A stretch of 64,000 bases of DNA from a virus, in the IMG/VR virus record IMGVR_UViG_3300037493_003174, positions 1 through 64,000 of that record. One strand, 5' to 3'. Of this stretch, positions 1 through 9,755 are shown piece by piece. The translations under genes and the position numbers were made by a program. How positions within the stretch are numbered: the first letter of the stretch is position 1; every line of letters begins with the position of its first letter. The notes below the pieces were generated by a model. That model saw only the letters and a list, made by a program, of their open reading frames with translations. It was not told where the DNA came from and made no database searches.

Positions 1-825
1 GTTGATGCTTACACAGGATGTTGTCCAGCAGATTCAATTTCTCCAATTGCAGTTGACTCAACTACAGTAATGATTTTATGGGCAAATGGTTTAACTACCA
101 ATCCAATTGTTGGTCCTTTTGTACAGATTGTTGTACAAGCTGAAGACGGAACATTATGGTATGCTCCAGGAACTAATGCTGCTTTCTTAGCTGCTAATGG
201 TGCTGATACTTGGAATAACTATGTATCTACAGGACACGTAGATGGTGCATGTGCAGGTTTGATCTTGAATGGTGCTTATGTTGATACTAAATTTGGTGAT
301 TGTACATTCCAATTATCTGATTTCTATGAAAAAGAAGCAGTTAAATTATATGCATCAGAAGTAGATTATAATGGTGAGCCATGTACATTTACAACTCTTT
401 GTGTAGTAACAGAATGTCAAGGTTTACAAGTTCAAGGTTTAGGAGAAACAGTTGTAAGAGATTTGGCTATGTCAGAATCTTACAGACAAAACTTCTTAGC
501 AACAGACTTACGTATCCGTGAGATTACTCAAGGAAACCAAATCATCAGTTCAGTTGATAGAAATGCTTTGTATTACAGATACATGTTACAACACAATGTA
601 CCACGTTTCAATAATCCATCTAGTACATTTGATAATGATCAGTACATGTTAGAGATATTTTCTTTAGCACCGCTTACAACATTCCTAGAGGATACTGCTG
701 GATGGTTAGATTCTTGTGGTGTATGTGAAATTGAATTCTTTGGTTGTGATACAGTATGTGATGTTCCAATTGCATTTCCTGCTGTGCCACCATACAATCC
801 ATACAATGTAGTTTCTTGTTACTAA
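1..825 (+). CDS. Virion structural protein, probably capsid auxiliary/decoration type; 5'-truncated
   Basis: The frame is open from base 1 (VDAYTGCCPADS...) into the listed ORF. It lies at the head of the structural cluster and is followed by a strong terminator, as expected for a highly expressed head gene. Confidence 0.5.
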   Translation, partial: VDAYTGCCPADSISPIAVDSTTVMILWANGLTTNPIVGPFVQIVVQAEDGTLWYAPGTNAAFLAANGADTWNNYVSTGHVDGACAGLILNGAYVDTKFGDCTFQLSDFYEKEAVKLYASEVDYNGEPCTFTTLCVVTECQGLQVQGLGETVVRDLAMSESYRQNFLATDLRIREITQGNQIISSVDRNALYYRYMLQHNVPRFNNPSSTFDNDQYMLEIFSLAPLTTFLEDTAGWLDSCGVCEIEFFGCDTVCDVPIAFPAVPPYNPYNVVSCY

Positions 826-847
826 GAATATTTAATTACTAACTAAT

Positions 848-885
848 AAAGGGGGAGAAGAGTTCTAAACTCCTCCCCTTTTTTT
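848..885 (+). terminator. Rho-independent terminator
   Basis: GGGGAG..GAGTT-CTA-AACTC.CTCCCC stem followed by T7. Confidence 0.8.
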
Positions 886-896
886 AATATAATATT

Positions 897-1463
897 ATGG
901 CAAATCATGTCTTAAGCTTAGAGGTTCCTTTTGTAATGAATGCCTGTGTTATGAAAATATTTGACACAAGTGTTTATACTGTGAATCCTTTAATACCAGT
1001 TACTTGCCCTACTCTTAATATAACAGTACCAGGCTTTAGTTACTCTAATCAAATTGAGGGAACTGTAATGACTGATTTTGTTAATACTGGTCATATTACA
1101 ATAACGGCATGTGACCTGCAATTACAAACTACACAATGTGGTACTCAATATGTAAATATTCCAGATGGGATTTACATAATCAAATACAGTGTATCTCCTA
1201 ATGATCAAGTATTTGTAGAGTATAATCATATGAGGATTACACAAGCAATGAATAAGTATTACAAAGTTCTTTGTGATGTTGATGCAAATGCATGTGATCC
1301 ACCCTTAAAAATTAAACAAAGATTAGAAGAATTACGTTTAATTAAAATGTATCTTGATGCTTCAATATCTAAAGTTGAGTTTTGTCATGAGCCTCAGAAA
1401 GGAATGAGCTTATATAACTATGCTTTAAAATTGTTAAACAAGATGACTTGTACAAATTGTTAA
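897..1463 (+). CDS. Hypothetical structural protein (beta-rich, PDGIY motif)
   Basis: 188-aa ORF in the structural operon with an Ig-like PDGIYxIxYxV motif and a helical C-terminus. Confidence 0.45.
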   Translation: MANHVLSLEVPFVMNACVMKIFDTSVYTVNPLIPVTCPTLNITVPGFSYSNQIEGTVMTDFVNTGHITITACDLQLQTTQCGTQYVNIPDGIYIIKYSVSPNDQVFVEYNHMRITQAMNKYYKVLCDVDANACDPPLKIKQRLEELRLIKMYLDASISKVEFCHEPQKGMSLYNYALKLLNKMTCTNC

Positions 1464-1483
1464 AATATTAAAACCAACTAATT

Positions 1484-1723
1484 ATGGCAAAATGTCCAAA
1501 CTGTGGTAACTCAATGAGTTGCGGATGTCAAAAAAGAACATTACCAAATGGATCACAAGGCTGCACAAGTTGTTTAGGAAAAGTTGCAGGAGCAACAAAA
1601 GCTCCAGTACCTGTTATAAAACAAGCAAGAAAAATTCCTGTAACAACTCAAAGCAAAAGACCCGTATCATTAAATGTATGGGGAAGAGAAAGATATAAAG
1701 ACTTAACTAAGTTTACAAAATAA
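1484..1723 (+). CDS. Small Cys-rich basic protein (putative Zn-binding)
   Basis: CPNC..CGC..CTSC followed by a basic tail; A-rich start context AAACCAACTAATTATG. Confidence 0.55.
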   Translation: MAKCPNCGNSMSCGCQKRTLPNGSQGCTSCLGKVAGATKAPVPVIKQARKIPVTTQSKRPVSLNVWGRERYKDLTKFTK

Positions 1724-1730
1724 AAAAGTA

Positions 1731-4343
1731 ATGAATGCTGTTGGTACACCATATTATAGTATTGTTCCTTGCTGTCCTGATTTTGGAACAGAGGACACTT
1801 TCTTTAACTTTCCAGTAACTGATGGACTAGTCCCAGATGGAGTTTATGTTTATAACAGTTCTACACCAGCACTTGTTAATGGTATACAATTTTTTGAAGG
1901 ACAGTGTTATACTATCACTCGTGTTGGTACAATCTTTTCCGTGTATCCAAACGCACCATCAATTTCTGAATTTACTTTTGCTGATGTATGTGGAAATGCA
2001 GATTTGTGCGACCCTTGTATACTACCAGTACAGTGTTACACTTTGTATCCATGTGTTTCAGGATTACCTGTTTTAGTATCAAGCAGTACTACATTAGCTC
2101 CCCTAGTAGGCGCATTTACAGGTTTAGTAGATAATGAAGGTTGTTATTTTGTAGTTGAAAATGTTCTGGGAGACTGTACTAATGCTAAAAATATTGTAGC
2201 TGATCCATTAGTAGATTGTAATTGTGAACTTAATTGTTACAGTATTACTGGTAATCCAATATCAGTTACTTATGTAAATGAAGACTTAGAGCTAGTAGTA
2301 ACTAGTGGAAGCACAAGAGTTTGTTCTTATATAGAACCTGGAGTTATTGGAAGTGTTGATGGTAGTGTATATAACTTTGGTCCTTGTGTTGATGGTTTAT
2401 GTCCTGACATTTGTTTTGAATTTACAAATTGTTTGACAGGAGAAATATTAATTGTATCTAATACTACAACAATTTTTGGATACTATACAAATAATAATGT
2501 AGTTACTCTACAAGGTTATGATGGTTGTTGGTCAATAGATATTTCTGATCAGCCATGTGACTGCGCAGTAAATGTGACAGTACTTCAAATATTTGATGAC
2601 TGTCCAACTTGTCTACCAATTATAGCATACAAGTTTACTAACTGTAACAATCAGTCTATTATTAAATACAGTCTAGATGATTACTCTGCTTATGTAGGTC
2701 AAACAGTAAAACTTGAATGTGGTGAATGTTGGTTTGTTGATTTGATTAACTATATGCCACCAGCAATACAACCAATAGTTATCATAACAACATTTGAATC
2801 TTGTCTTGCTTGTAGTAGAACATATTATGAATTATCAGATTGTTCAGGTGTAGAAAATTCAATTTATACTTTTACAGATTTGTCTGTCCTTGTAGGGTAT
2901 GTTATAAAAATTGAGTCTTGTGATACATGTTGGGAAGTTAGTCTTTTAGAATTTCCAACTATAGAACAATCTAGTATGGCTATAGCTGTTTTAATGACAG
3001 CTTCATATGTTGATTGTCCAGCATGTAATTTTCAATTTCCGTGTAGATGTTCAATTGCTTGGCCAGATCTTAATGGAGTATTATCTTATCTAGATTGTGA
3101 TAGTAAGCCTGTTGTATCTACAGGGTTAGATCCGGATGTACCTAGTGAAAAACTATGTGTAAGAGAATGGATTACTGCAAGAGAACCTATTTACTATGGA
3201 GATTGTATAGCATCAGATGGTCCTCTTATATGTATTAGTTATGTAATAACTATTGCACCCTTGATTCAACCACAAACGTTATACTATAAAGATTGTGAAG
3301 GAGTAGTTCAAACGCAACCTTTTACAAATAGTAAAATTATTAGGTATTTTTTTATGTGCGGGATACCTAATCAAACAAGTAGTGATATTTATATTACAGG
3401 AGATAAGCCAGTTACATTTGAAGCAGGAGCTCCTTGTGGAAATGTACCTGTATTAGTGTGCCCGCCAACAATCTACCCTACAAGATTTATCAAACCTGGT
3501 TATCAAACACCTACTTGTGACATAGAGAAGTATGAAAAAATATCATGTAATGCAGCAGAGATCTTATACAAGACAGTGCTTAGAGCAAGATATGGAATTT
3601 CAAATTGTTGTGATGGTCCAGATGATAGATGGCTTATCAAAAAAGAACTAATTGATTTGCAAGCAGCAATGGATCCAAACTATGTTTGTACATCAGTGCA
3701 ATCATGTTGTAACAATACATCTTCTTGTGGCTGTGGTTGTAATGTTACTTCACAAACAACTTGTCCGCTTCCTCCACTTCCTCCACCACCACCGCTTGTA
3801 TCATATAATTGTGTAGAAACACCAACTTGTGTACAGTATCAATGTACTATTGATCTAGATGGAGATGATCTTATAACTTTATTTTATATAAATTGTGAAG
3901 GTCAGAGAGCTCTGCAATCTTGGCAAAACGCAAAGGCTATAATTTCTGTTTTCATATGTTCAATCCCTAATGCAACAAATGAGGATATATATGTAACAGG
4001 TTCTCCGGACTTTACAATTACTCAAACAGATATTATATGTAAATCAACAGTTGATTGTGTGGAAGTACAAGGAACAAGTGGAACTTATCAAACATTGCTA
4101 GAATGTGAAACTAATTGTTCTCCACCACCTGTTGTATGTCATGAATATAAAATAGGTATAGTAACATATCTAGGAACATCATTTTCATATATTGATTGTT
4201 TAGGTCAAGTACAGATACAATTTGTACTTGGTTCAGATGCGGGACAACAAATTGGTATATGCGGAATTGCTGGACAAACTATCCCAACTCCTCTTAATGT
4301 AATTAGTTTTGTAGTTACGGAAACTAATGCAATTTGTACATAA
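1731..4343 (+). CDS. Cys-rich repeat structural protein
   Basis: 870 aa with ~65-aa repeats (Y/FxxxxC...GxxVxLxxxxxCW...CxxC), a second repeat type (YxxCEG...CxIPNxTxxDIYxTG) and poly-Pro linkers. Confidence 0.6.
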   Translation: MNAVGTPYYSIVPCCPDFGTEDTFFNFPVTDGLVPDGVYVYNSSTPALVNGIQFFEGQCYTITRVGTIFSVYPNAPSISEFTFADVCGNADLCDPCILPVQCYTLYPCVSGLPVLVSSSTTLAPLVGAFTGLVDNEGCYFVVENVLGDCTNAKNIVADPLVDCNCELNCYSITGNPISVTYVNEDLELVVTSGSTRVCSYIEPGVIGSVDGSVYNFGPCVDGLCPDICFEFTNCLTGEILIVSNTTTIFGYYTNNNVVTLQGYDGCWSIDISDQPCDCAVNVTVLQIFDDCPTCLPIIAYKFTNCNNQSIIKYSLDDYSAYVGQTVKLECGECWFVDLINYMPPAIQPIVIITTFESCLACSRTYYELSDCSGVENSIYTFTDLSVLVGYVIKIESCDTCWEVSLLEFPTIEQSSMAIAVLMTASYVDCPACNFQFPCRCSIAWPDLNGVLSYLDCDSKPVVSTGLDPDVPSEKLCVREWITAREPIYYGDCIASDGPLICISYVITIAPLIQPQTLYYKDCEGVVQTQPFTNSKIIRYFFMCGIPNQTSSDIYITGDKPVTFEAGAPCGNVPVLVCPPTIYPTRFIKPGYQTPTCDIEKYEKISCNAAEILYKTVLRARYGISNCCDGPDDRWLIKKELIDLQAAMDPNYVCTSVQSCCNNTSSCGCGCNVTSQTTCPLPPLPPPPPLVSYNCVETPTCVQYQCTIDLDGDDLITLFYINCEGQRALQSWQNAKAIISVFICSIPNATNEDIYVTGSPDFTITQTDIICKSTVDCVEVQGTSGTYQTLLECETNCSPPPVVCHEYKIGIVTYLGTSFSYIDCLGQVQIQFVLGSDAGQQIGICGIAGQTIPTPLNVISFVVTETNAICT

Positions 4344-4390
4344 TCTAGGATAAGTCAATAAAAATTGTTATATTATATTATAAGAAAAAT

Positions 4391-6127
4391 ATGAAACCTT
4401 TAAATTTAGATAATAGACCATGTAGTCCAATTTCAAGTAACTGTGTTATTTGGCAGGGCGGTGATATTTCATGCATTAACTTGTGTAGTGGAGATACAGT
4501 ATCTGATGTAGTATTTAAACTAGCTACAGAACTGTGTATAATCATGGATCAGTTAAATGTAAGTAACTATGACTTGTCATGTTTAGCAATAAACGCTTGT
4601 CCTCCTGTTGATTTTCATGCATTGATTCAATTATTGATTAATAAAGTTTGTGAAGCAAATGGAATTGTAGTAGATGCAACAAAAGCATCTGGTTGTCCAG
4701 ACTGTGTTGTATCAGTAGCCCCAGCTTTTGTTAAAGATACTCAAACTACTATGCAATTAGTAGACTATGTACAAGATGTTGCAAATAAAGTTTCTTCTAA
4801 TTTAGGTCAAATAGATGCAATTAATAATGAACTTGTTGTAGTTAATAATACATTAATAGATTTACAATATCAAATTAATAATTTTCCTGTTTATACTTTA
4901 CCAAATATTCCAGCTGATTGTATTTTACCAGCCGGTACTTATCCATTAGATCAAGTTCTTGATGCATTAATGAATGATGACATACTTGGATACTGTAGTT
5001 TATTAACTGCAACAGGTACACCTGCACAGATAGTAAGTGCTGTATTATCTCAATGTATTTTAGATGGTGACCCGTCATTGGCTTCACTTGCTGCTGGTGA
5101 TTCTCCAGTACAATCATTTTCTACCTACTACGCAGGCTCATGGGTTAATAACCCTTCTTTAACTACAACAAGTACAATAGCAAATGCAATTAAAAATATT
5201 TGGATTTCAATCTGTGATATTTATAGTTATGTTACTTCATTAGGTTTTATAGTAGCAGATACAAATACAGTTAACTTAACATATACTGCTGGATTATTAA
5301 CGGCTGCTGTACAAGATACAGGATGGCATGATCTAGAAGGGTTTGCTTATATGTCTGGATTTACAAGTGCTAATCCTCAGTGTAGAAGAATAGGAAATGA
5401 AATTATCTTTAGAGGTGTTATTCAAATACCTATGGGTAATGCATTAGATGGTGCAGGCGGAACAGTATGGCCTGTAAATTCTCCAGATGAGTATAATAGT
5501 TTACCATATGGTAAAGTATTAGATGTAGATACATCAGCAAGTCCAGATGCATGTTTAATGTATTCTTCTGGAGTTCCAGTAGTACCTTCTACTACTCCAG
5601 GAGTTAATAAAAATGAAGGTGTTTCAATATATTTTAGACAAGGTTTAAGAGTTATACCTTCAACTGTATTACCTCTTACTATAGATTTAGATAGATCATA
5701 TACAAATGGAAATAGACAGTTTATAAATAGAGCTATTAGTGTTAATGCAGGAACTAATGGGGTTTCTCTTGCAACACATGTAGGAGTATCAGTTAGTAGT
5801 ACAGGACAGTTAGTAGTTACAGCACCTTATGCTGTAGAAAATTATATTGGCACAGGTTTACAAGACAGTTCAATACTAAGAAGTGTTGTTAGTAATATTA
5901 TCCTTGGAGATAGTATTCCATTATACACAAACACAGCACCTAGTAATTCAAATTTTCTTGCAGCAGGTGTAGATAATGTAGATATAACGGGATCTGCTAT
6001 TACATGGCCTTTTACAGTAAACTGTGTTAATGCATATGAGTTAGGTGGCTTTACTGTAAGACTTGATGGATTGAGAGGTTATATAGATCCATGCGAAACT
6101 TTAATTGCTACACCACCACCTTGTTAA
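4391..6127 (+). CDS. Putative fibre/adhesin structural protein
   Basis: Cys-rich N-terminus (SSNCVIWQG), a coiled coil, then DTGWxDLEGFAY...PQCRRIGNEIIFRG, a DTGW/RRxG motif typical of phage fibre domains. Confidence 0.55.
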   Translation: MKPLNLDNRPCSPISSNCVIWQGGDISCINLCSGDTVSDVVFKLATELCIIMDQLNVSNYDLSCLAINACPPVDFHALIQLLINKVCEANGIVVDATKASGCPDCVVSVAPAFVKDTQTTMQLVDYVQDVANKVSSNLGQIDAINNELVVVNNTLIDLQYQINNFPVYTLPNIPADCILPAGTYPLDQVLDALMNDDILGYCSLLTATGTPAQIVSAVLSQCILDGDPSLASLAAGDSPVQSFSTYYAGSWVNNPSLTTTSTIANAIKNIWISICDIYSYVTSLGFIVADTNTVNLTYTAGLLTAAVQDTGWHDLEGFAYMSGFTSANPQCRRIGNEIIFRGVIQIPMGNALDGAGGTVWPVNSPDEYNSLPYGKVLDVDTSASPDACLMYSSGVPVVPSTTPGVNKNEGVSIYFRQGLRVIPSTVLPLTIDLDRSYTNGNRQFINRAISVNAGTNGVSLATHVGVSVSSTGQLVVTAPYAVENYIGTGLQDSSILRSVVSNIILGDSIPLYTNTAPSNSNFLAAGVDNVDITGSAITWPFTVNCVNAYELGGFTVRLDGLRGYIDPCETLIATPPPC

Positions 6128-6138
6128 AATAAAAAACT

Positions 6139-7353
6139 ATGGCAACAACATGCACAATCTGCGGATGCAGTAAACCAAAATGCGGATGTCAAGACACAAT
6201 GTTGACATCACCAGCACCATGTCCTACACCAGTAGGATGTCTTAATCCTGAGCCATGCTCTGAAGTATTAGATGCCCAATGTATTATATACACAGGTGAT
6301 GATATCATTTGTACACCAGATGTTGTAGTAAATGCAAATGATTCTGTTGCACTTGCATTAAATAATATAGTAGATTATTTTTGTTCTCAAAGTCCTACCC
6401 CTGTAGAAGATACTGGTTGGATAGACTTAGAAGGATTTGCATATTATCAATCAGGAATGGCTACACAAAAGCCACAAGTACGTAGAATGGGTAAACAGAT
6501 TCACTTTAGAGGTGATTTATACTTACCATTATCTGATGGTACAGTTATTCCTATTCCGTTGACTACTCCTGATACATATAGAACTCTGTTATATAAGACT
6601 CCTTATATAGGAGCTGGTGGATTAATTAATGATGGTACAGATAGATTATTATTTAATAGTTCAGGTTCTGCAGCTCAATCTGTAATTCCAACAAGTGTGT
6701 TGCCTGCATTAACTAATCTAGATGGAACTTATAAACTATCTAAACTTATTGCTACACGTCAATTTAGAATACGGGAACCACAAAGTGATACTGGATCAGG
6801 AACATTAACTTTAACTGCACCTATTATATTAGAAATTCTTCCTAATAAAACTTTACGCATAACACCAGTAGAAGTGATAGAATCTAATAGTGTTGACACT
6901 ATTAGTTTTGATGGTAACTCCGCCTTTAGAAACATTACAAGTAGTTTCAGTGGTAGAAGTATTATGACAAATTTAAAAAATTGGGTTAGTGCAAGAACTG
7001 GTTTACATAGTAGAGCGGGAAATATACAAACAGATGGGGTATTAATAATTGGTAGATTATACACTATGCTTGACTCTTATATAGGTGATGACTTTACAAA
7101 TGTAGGAGCAATTACAACGGGCTCTGGTCAATCATTTATTGCTACAGGAACAACACCTACTAGTTGGACGTTAGGTACTCAATTAATGGTAGTAGAGTTA
7201 TCAGATATAGAGGCAAGTTATCCTCCAAACGGTAATAATTTAGTAGCTTCATTCCCCGTACCACTAGATGGAAGTTACTTGGATGCTGGTAGTCATACAG
7301 ATATTGGTGGATTTAAAATTAGTTTAGATGGGCTTATAGCTTATTTAACATAA
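6139..7353 (+). CDS. Putative fibre/adhesin protein, paralog of the upstream gene
   Basis: Shares DAQCIIYTG, DTGWIDLEGFAY...PQVRRMGKQIHFRG and the C-terminal GGFxxxLDGL with 4391..6127. Confidence 0.55.
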   Translation: MATTCTICGCSKPKCGCQDTMLTSPAPCPTPVGCLNPEPCSEVLDAQCIIYTGDDIICTPDVVVNANDSVALALNNIVDYFCSQSPTPVEDTGWIDLEGFAYYQSGMATQKPQVRRMGKQIHFRGDLYLPLSDGTVIPIPLTTPDTYRTLLYKTPYIGAGGLINDGTDRLLFNSSGSAAQSVIPTSVLPALTNLDGTYKLSKLIATRQFRIREPQSDTGSGTLTLTAPIILEILPNKTLRITPVEVIESNSVDTISFDGNSAFRNITSSFSGRSIMTNLKNWVSARTGLHSRAGNIQTDGVLIIGRLYTMLDSYIGDDFTNVGAITTGSGQSFIATGTTPTSWTLGTQLMVVELSDIEASYPPNGNNLVASFPVPLDGSYLDAGSHTDIGGFKISLDGLIAYLT

Positions 7354-7394
7354 CATAAGAAGTTGCAGGTTTGTTGGTTTCTTGTAACAACAAC

Positions 7395-7429
7395 GGCAAA
7401 GCCCTCACACTTGTGGGGGTTTTGTTTTT
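7395..7429 (+). terminator. Rho-independent terminator
   Basis: GGCAAAGCCCTCACA-CT-TGTGGGGGTTTTGTT stem plus T tract. Confidence 0.75.
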
Positions 7430-7457
7430 ATACCTATATTTGCTAAAGTCATTTATT

Positions 7458-7468
7458 TTTAGTATATT
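7458..7468 (+). promoter_or_regulatory. Putative phage late promoter motif TTTAGTATATT
   Basis: The same motif occurs in the intergenic gaps at 20237 and 45381. Confidence 0.5.
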
Positions 7469-7471
7469 ATT

Positions 7472-8053
7472 ATGAGGGAATTTAATAATCCTGATGTTAA
7501 AGGAGCAAGGTTTAGACCGGATGTATTGAATGTGTTTAATCCAAAACTTGTAAAAGATTTTAAAAAAAAGTATCCTAAGTATAAAAACTTGGATTATAAG
7601 TTGTTGAAAGAAATCATGAGAAAATTCAACAATGCACTATTTCAAGGAGTTATAGATACTAGAGATGGTATACAATTACCAGAATCATTAGGATGGATTT
7701 TTATTGGGACATGTCAACAAAGTAAGAAAGAAAACATTGACTTTGCAAAGTCTAGAAAATATGGAGTAACAGTTACTAATAAGAATTGGGAAACAGATGG
7801 TAAATTAGCAAAGATCTTTTTTACTAATTATGCTCCAAAACATAGAATGCGCAATAGGGAATACTGGGGGTTTACAGCATGTAGAGAATTTAAAAGAACT
7901 GTAGCTAAAACTTATCCAGAAAACTGGAACACATACATTGTTGTAGATGCAACTCAAAGATTAAAGTTAGCATACAGCAAAGCAGTATACAAAGAAATTA
8001 AACTTAAGGAGACCATAAAGGCCCTTGAAAACTATAATGAGTTTGACCTATGA
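7472..8053 (+). CDS. IHF/HU-like DNA-binding protein (crAss-like)
   Basis: Basic protein with a helical N-terminus followed by GIQLPESLGWIFI, resembling the HU beta-arm entry. It precedes the tail ring genes as in crAss-like phages. Confidence 0.55.
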   Translation: MREFNNPDVKGARFRPDVLNVFNPKLVKDFKKKYPKYKNLDYKLLKEIMRKFNNALFQGVIDTRDGIQLPESLGWIFIGTCQQSKKENIDFAKSRKYGVTVTNKNWETDGKLAKIFFTNYAPKHRMRNREYWGFTACREFKRTVAKTYPENWNTYIVVDATQRLKLAYSKAVYKEIKLKETIKALENYNEFDL

Positions 8054-8712
8054 CAACAGTTGGTGAAGCAATATCAAGAGTAAGAAATACTTTAAAAGCA
8101 GTGAAAGAGGATCCTTTTTTAACAGATAGGGTTATTTACTTTTCACTTATTAAGTATGCAAAGACTTTGATAAAAAGAGAAGACAATCAATTTAGACTAA
8201 TGAAGATGAGCTCTATATTTAGGGTGTTACCTTATATAGAACTTATTGATGTAGATAAAGTTGAGGCAGGGTGTATAGGAATATATTCTGAATGTTATTT
8301 TAAAAGATCTAAGGAAAAACTTCCAACTATACTTAATGGTATGTTTGGACCTATTATCCGTACTGCATCTTCTATAGATGGATCTATTGAACTATTTAGA
8401 ACAGAACCAGGTACTTGGATATCAATTACTAAATCTAGTACCTTCAAGTATAATAAAAGACCTTACTTTTGGTATCTTGATGGTTATCTATATTGTCCAA
8501 ACATTGATTGGGATGCAATAAGAGTTGAGGCAATTTTTGAAGGCACCTTAGATACATGTAATTCAGAAGAGTGTCAAATATTTCAAAATACAGATTTTGC
8601 TATTCCGGAATATTTATTCTCTGAAGTTGAACAGTTTGTCATAAAAGAATTAACCATGACTATGTCAGTTCCAACAGATGGTCCAGATGATAGTCAAAAT
8701 GCTCTTAGATAA
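8050..8712 (+). CDS. Putative tail tubular/ring protein
   Basis: Size, position between the IHF-like and stabilization genes, and YFWYLDGYLY motif; translationally coupled (ATGA). Confidence 0.5.
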   Translation: MTTVGEAISRVRNTLKAVKEDPFLTDRVIYFSLIKYAKTLIKREDNQFRLMKMSSIFRVLPYIELIDVDKVEAGCIGIYSECYFKRSKEKLPTILNGMFGPIIRTASSIDGSIELFRTEPGTWISITKSSTFKYNKRPYFWYLDGYLYCPNIDWDAIRVEAIFEGTLDTCNSEECQIFQNTDFAIPEYLFSEVEQFVIKELTMTMSVPTDGPDDSQNALR

Positions 8713-9755
8713 TGGATTTTAATTACACACTTAAGTATCGCACATTTGATTCTTTACTAGAAGATGTCAGTATTGACTTAAATACTCTGGCCTTAGAGAA
8801 TATGATTGAGCCTCAGCAGCTTATCAAAGTAGCGCGCAGATTAAACTATGATCTTGGTTTAAGAATAAATCAAACTAAAGAAGCTGTATTAGAGGTTTGT
8901 CATGGAAGAGTTAAGCTCCCTGATGATTTCTATGTATGGAATTATGGAATGGTGTGTGGTGAATATACTGTTATGACTGGTTATGGTGGACAAGTTTCTG
9001 GAACTAATATTCAAGAGGTTCCTTATAGAGAGTTTCCAGCTACAGTTGATCAGTGTGCGCCTCCTACAGTTAATTGTAGAACCTGTAATTCTAATCCTTG
9101 TAATCATACTGCAGCATGTGATCTTAATCATCCTATAGTAGATCCAATACCAACTGAGTATGATCCAAATAATCCTTATGGTAATACATGCATTGCTCCA
9201 AGAGTATTTATGAACTGTAAAGGAGAGAAATGGGAACTGATACAAGAACTTAATCCAGTTCAATCAAGAGTTTACACATCTTTGGTTCCTTTAAGAATGA
9301 AGAAGAGTCAGAATATAGATTGTGAATGTCCAAATCTTTATTACAATACAGCTAATGAAGGTTGGCTAAAGGATAATTACTTATACACAACTTTTCAAAC
9401 TGGTCATGTTTACATAAACTACCAGGGAGAGATGACTGATGAGAATAATAATTTAATGGTTCCTAATCATGAATTAATCAATGACTATTATGAATATGCA
9501 TTGAAGAAAAGAATAATAGAAAACTTAGCTCTTAACGGAGAAGACATGGCTCAAAAGCTACAACTTATTATTCCAGAATTTAGAGCAGCAAGAAATGCAG
9601 CACTAAGTTTAGTTAATACACCAAACTTTAAAGAAATGGAAAAAGTATGGTGGACAAACAGAAAAGCACAGTATGCAAAATACTATGATATGTTTAAAAG
9701 TTATAGTCCAAATGATCCATACTTTAGAAGAACAGGAACTTCAAGACTGATGTAA
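8712..9755 (+). CDS. Putative tail tubular/ring protein (P22 gp4-like) with Cys-rich insertion
   Basis: VKLPDDF and terminal YYEYALK motifs; directly upstream of the stabilization protein; TAATG coupling. Confidence 0.5.
   Translation: MDFNYTLKYRTFDSLLEDVSIDLNTLALENMIEPQQLIKVARRLNYDLGLRINQTKEAVLEVCHGRVKLPDDFYVWNYGMVCGEYTVMTGYGGQVSGTNIQEVPYREFPATVDQCAPPTVNCRTCNSNPCNHTAACDLNHPIVDPIPTEYDPNNPYGNTCIAPRVFMNCKGEKWELIQELNPVQSRVYTSLVPLRMKKSQNIDCECPNLYYNTANEGWLKDNYLYTTFQTGHVYINYQGEMTDENNNLMVPNHELINDYYEYALKKRIIENLALNGEDMAQKLQLIIPEFRAARNAALSLVNTPNFKEMEKVWWTNRKAQYAKYYDMFKSYSPNDPYFRRTGTSRLM

Noticed and set aside
1-825. First ORF as the major capsid protein
   Set aside because: No recognisable HK97-fold motifs. 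It is more consistent with an auxiliary structural gene, with the MCP probably upstream of the window.
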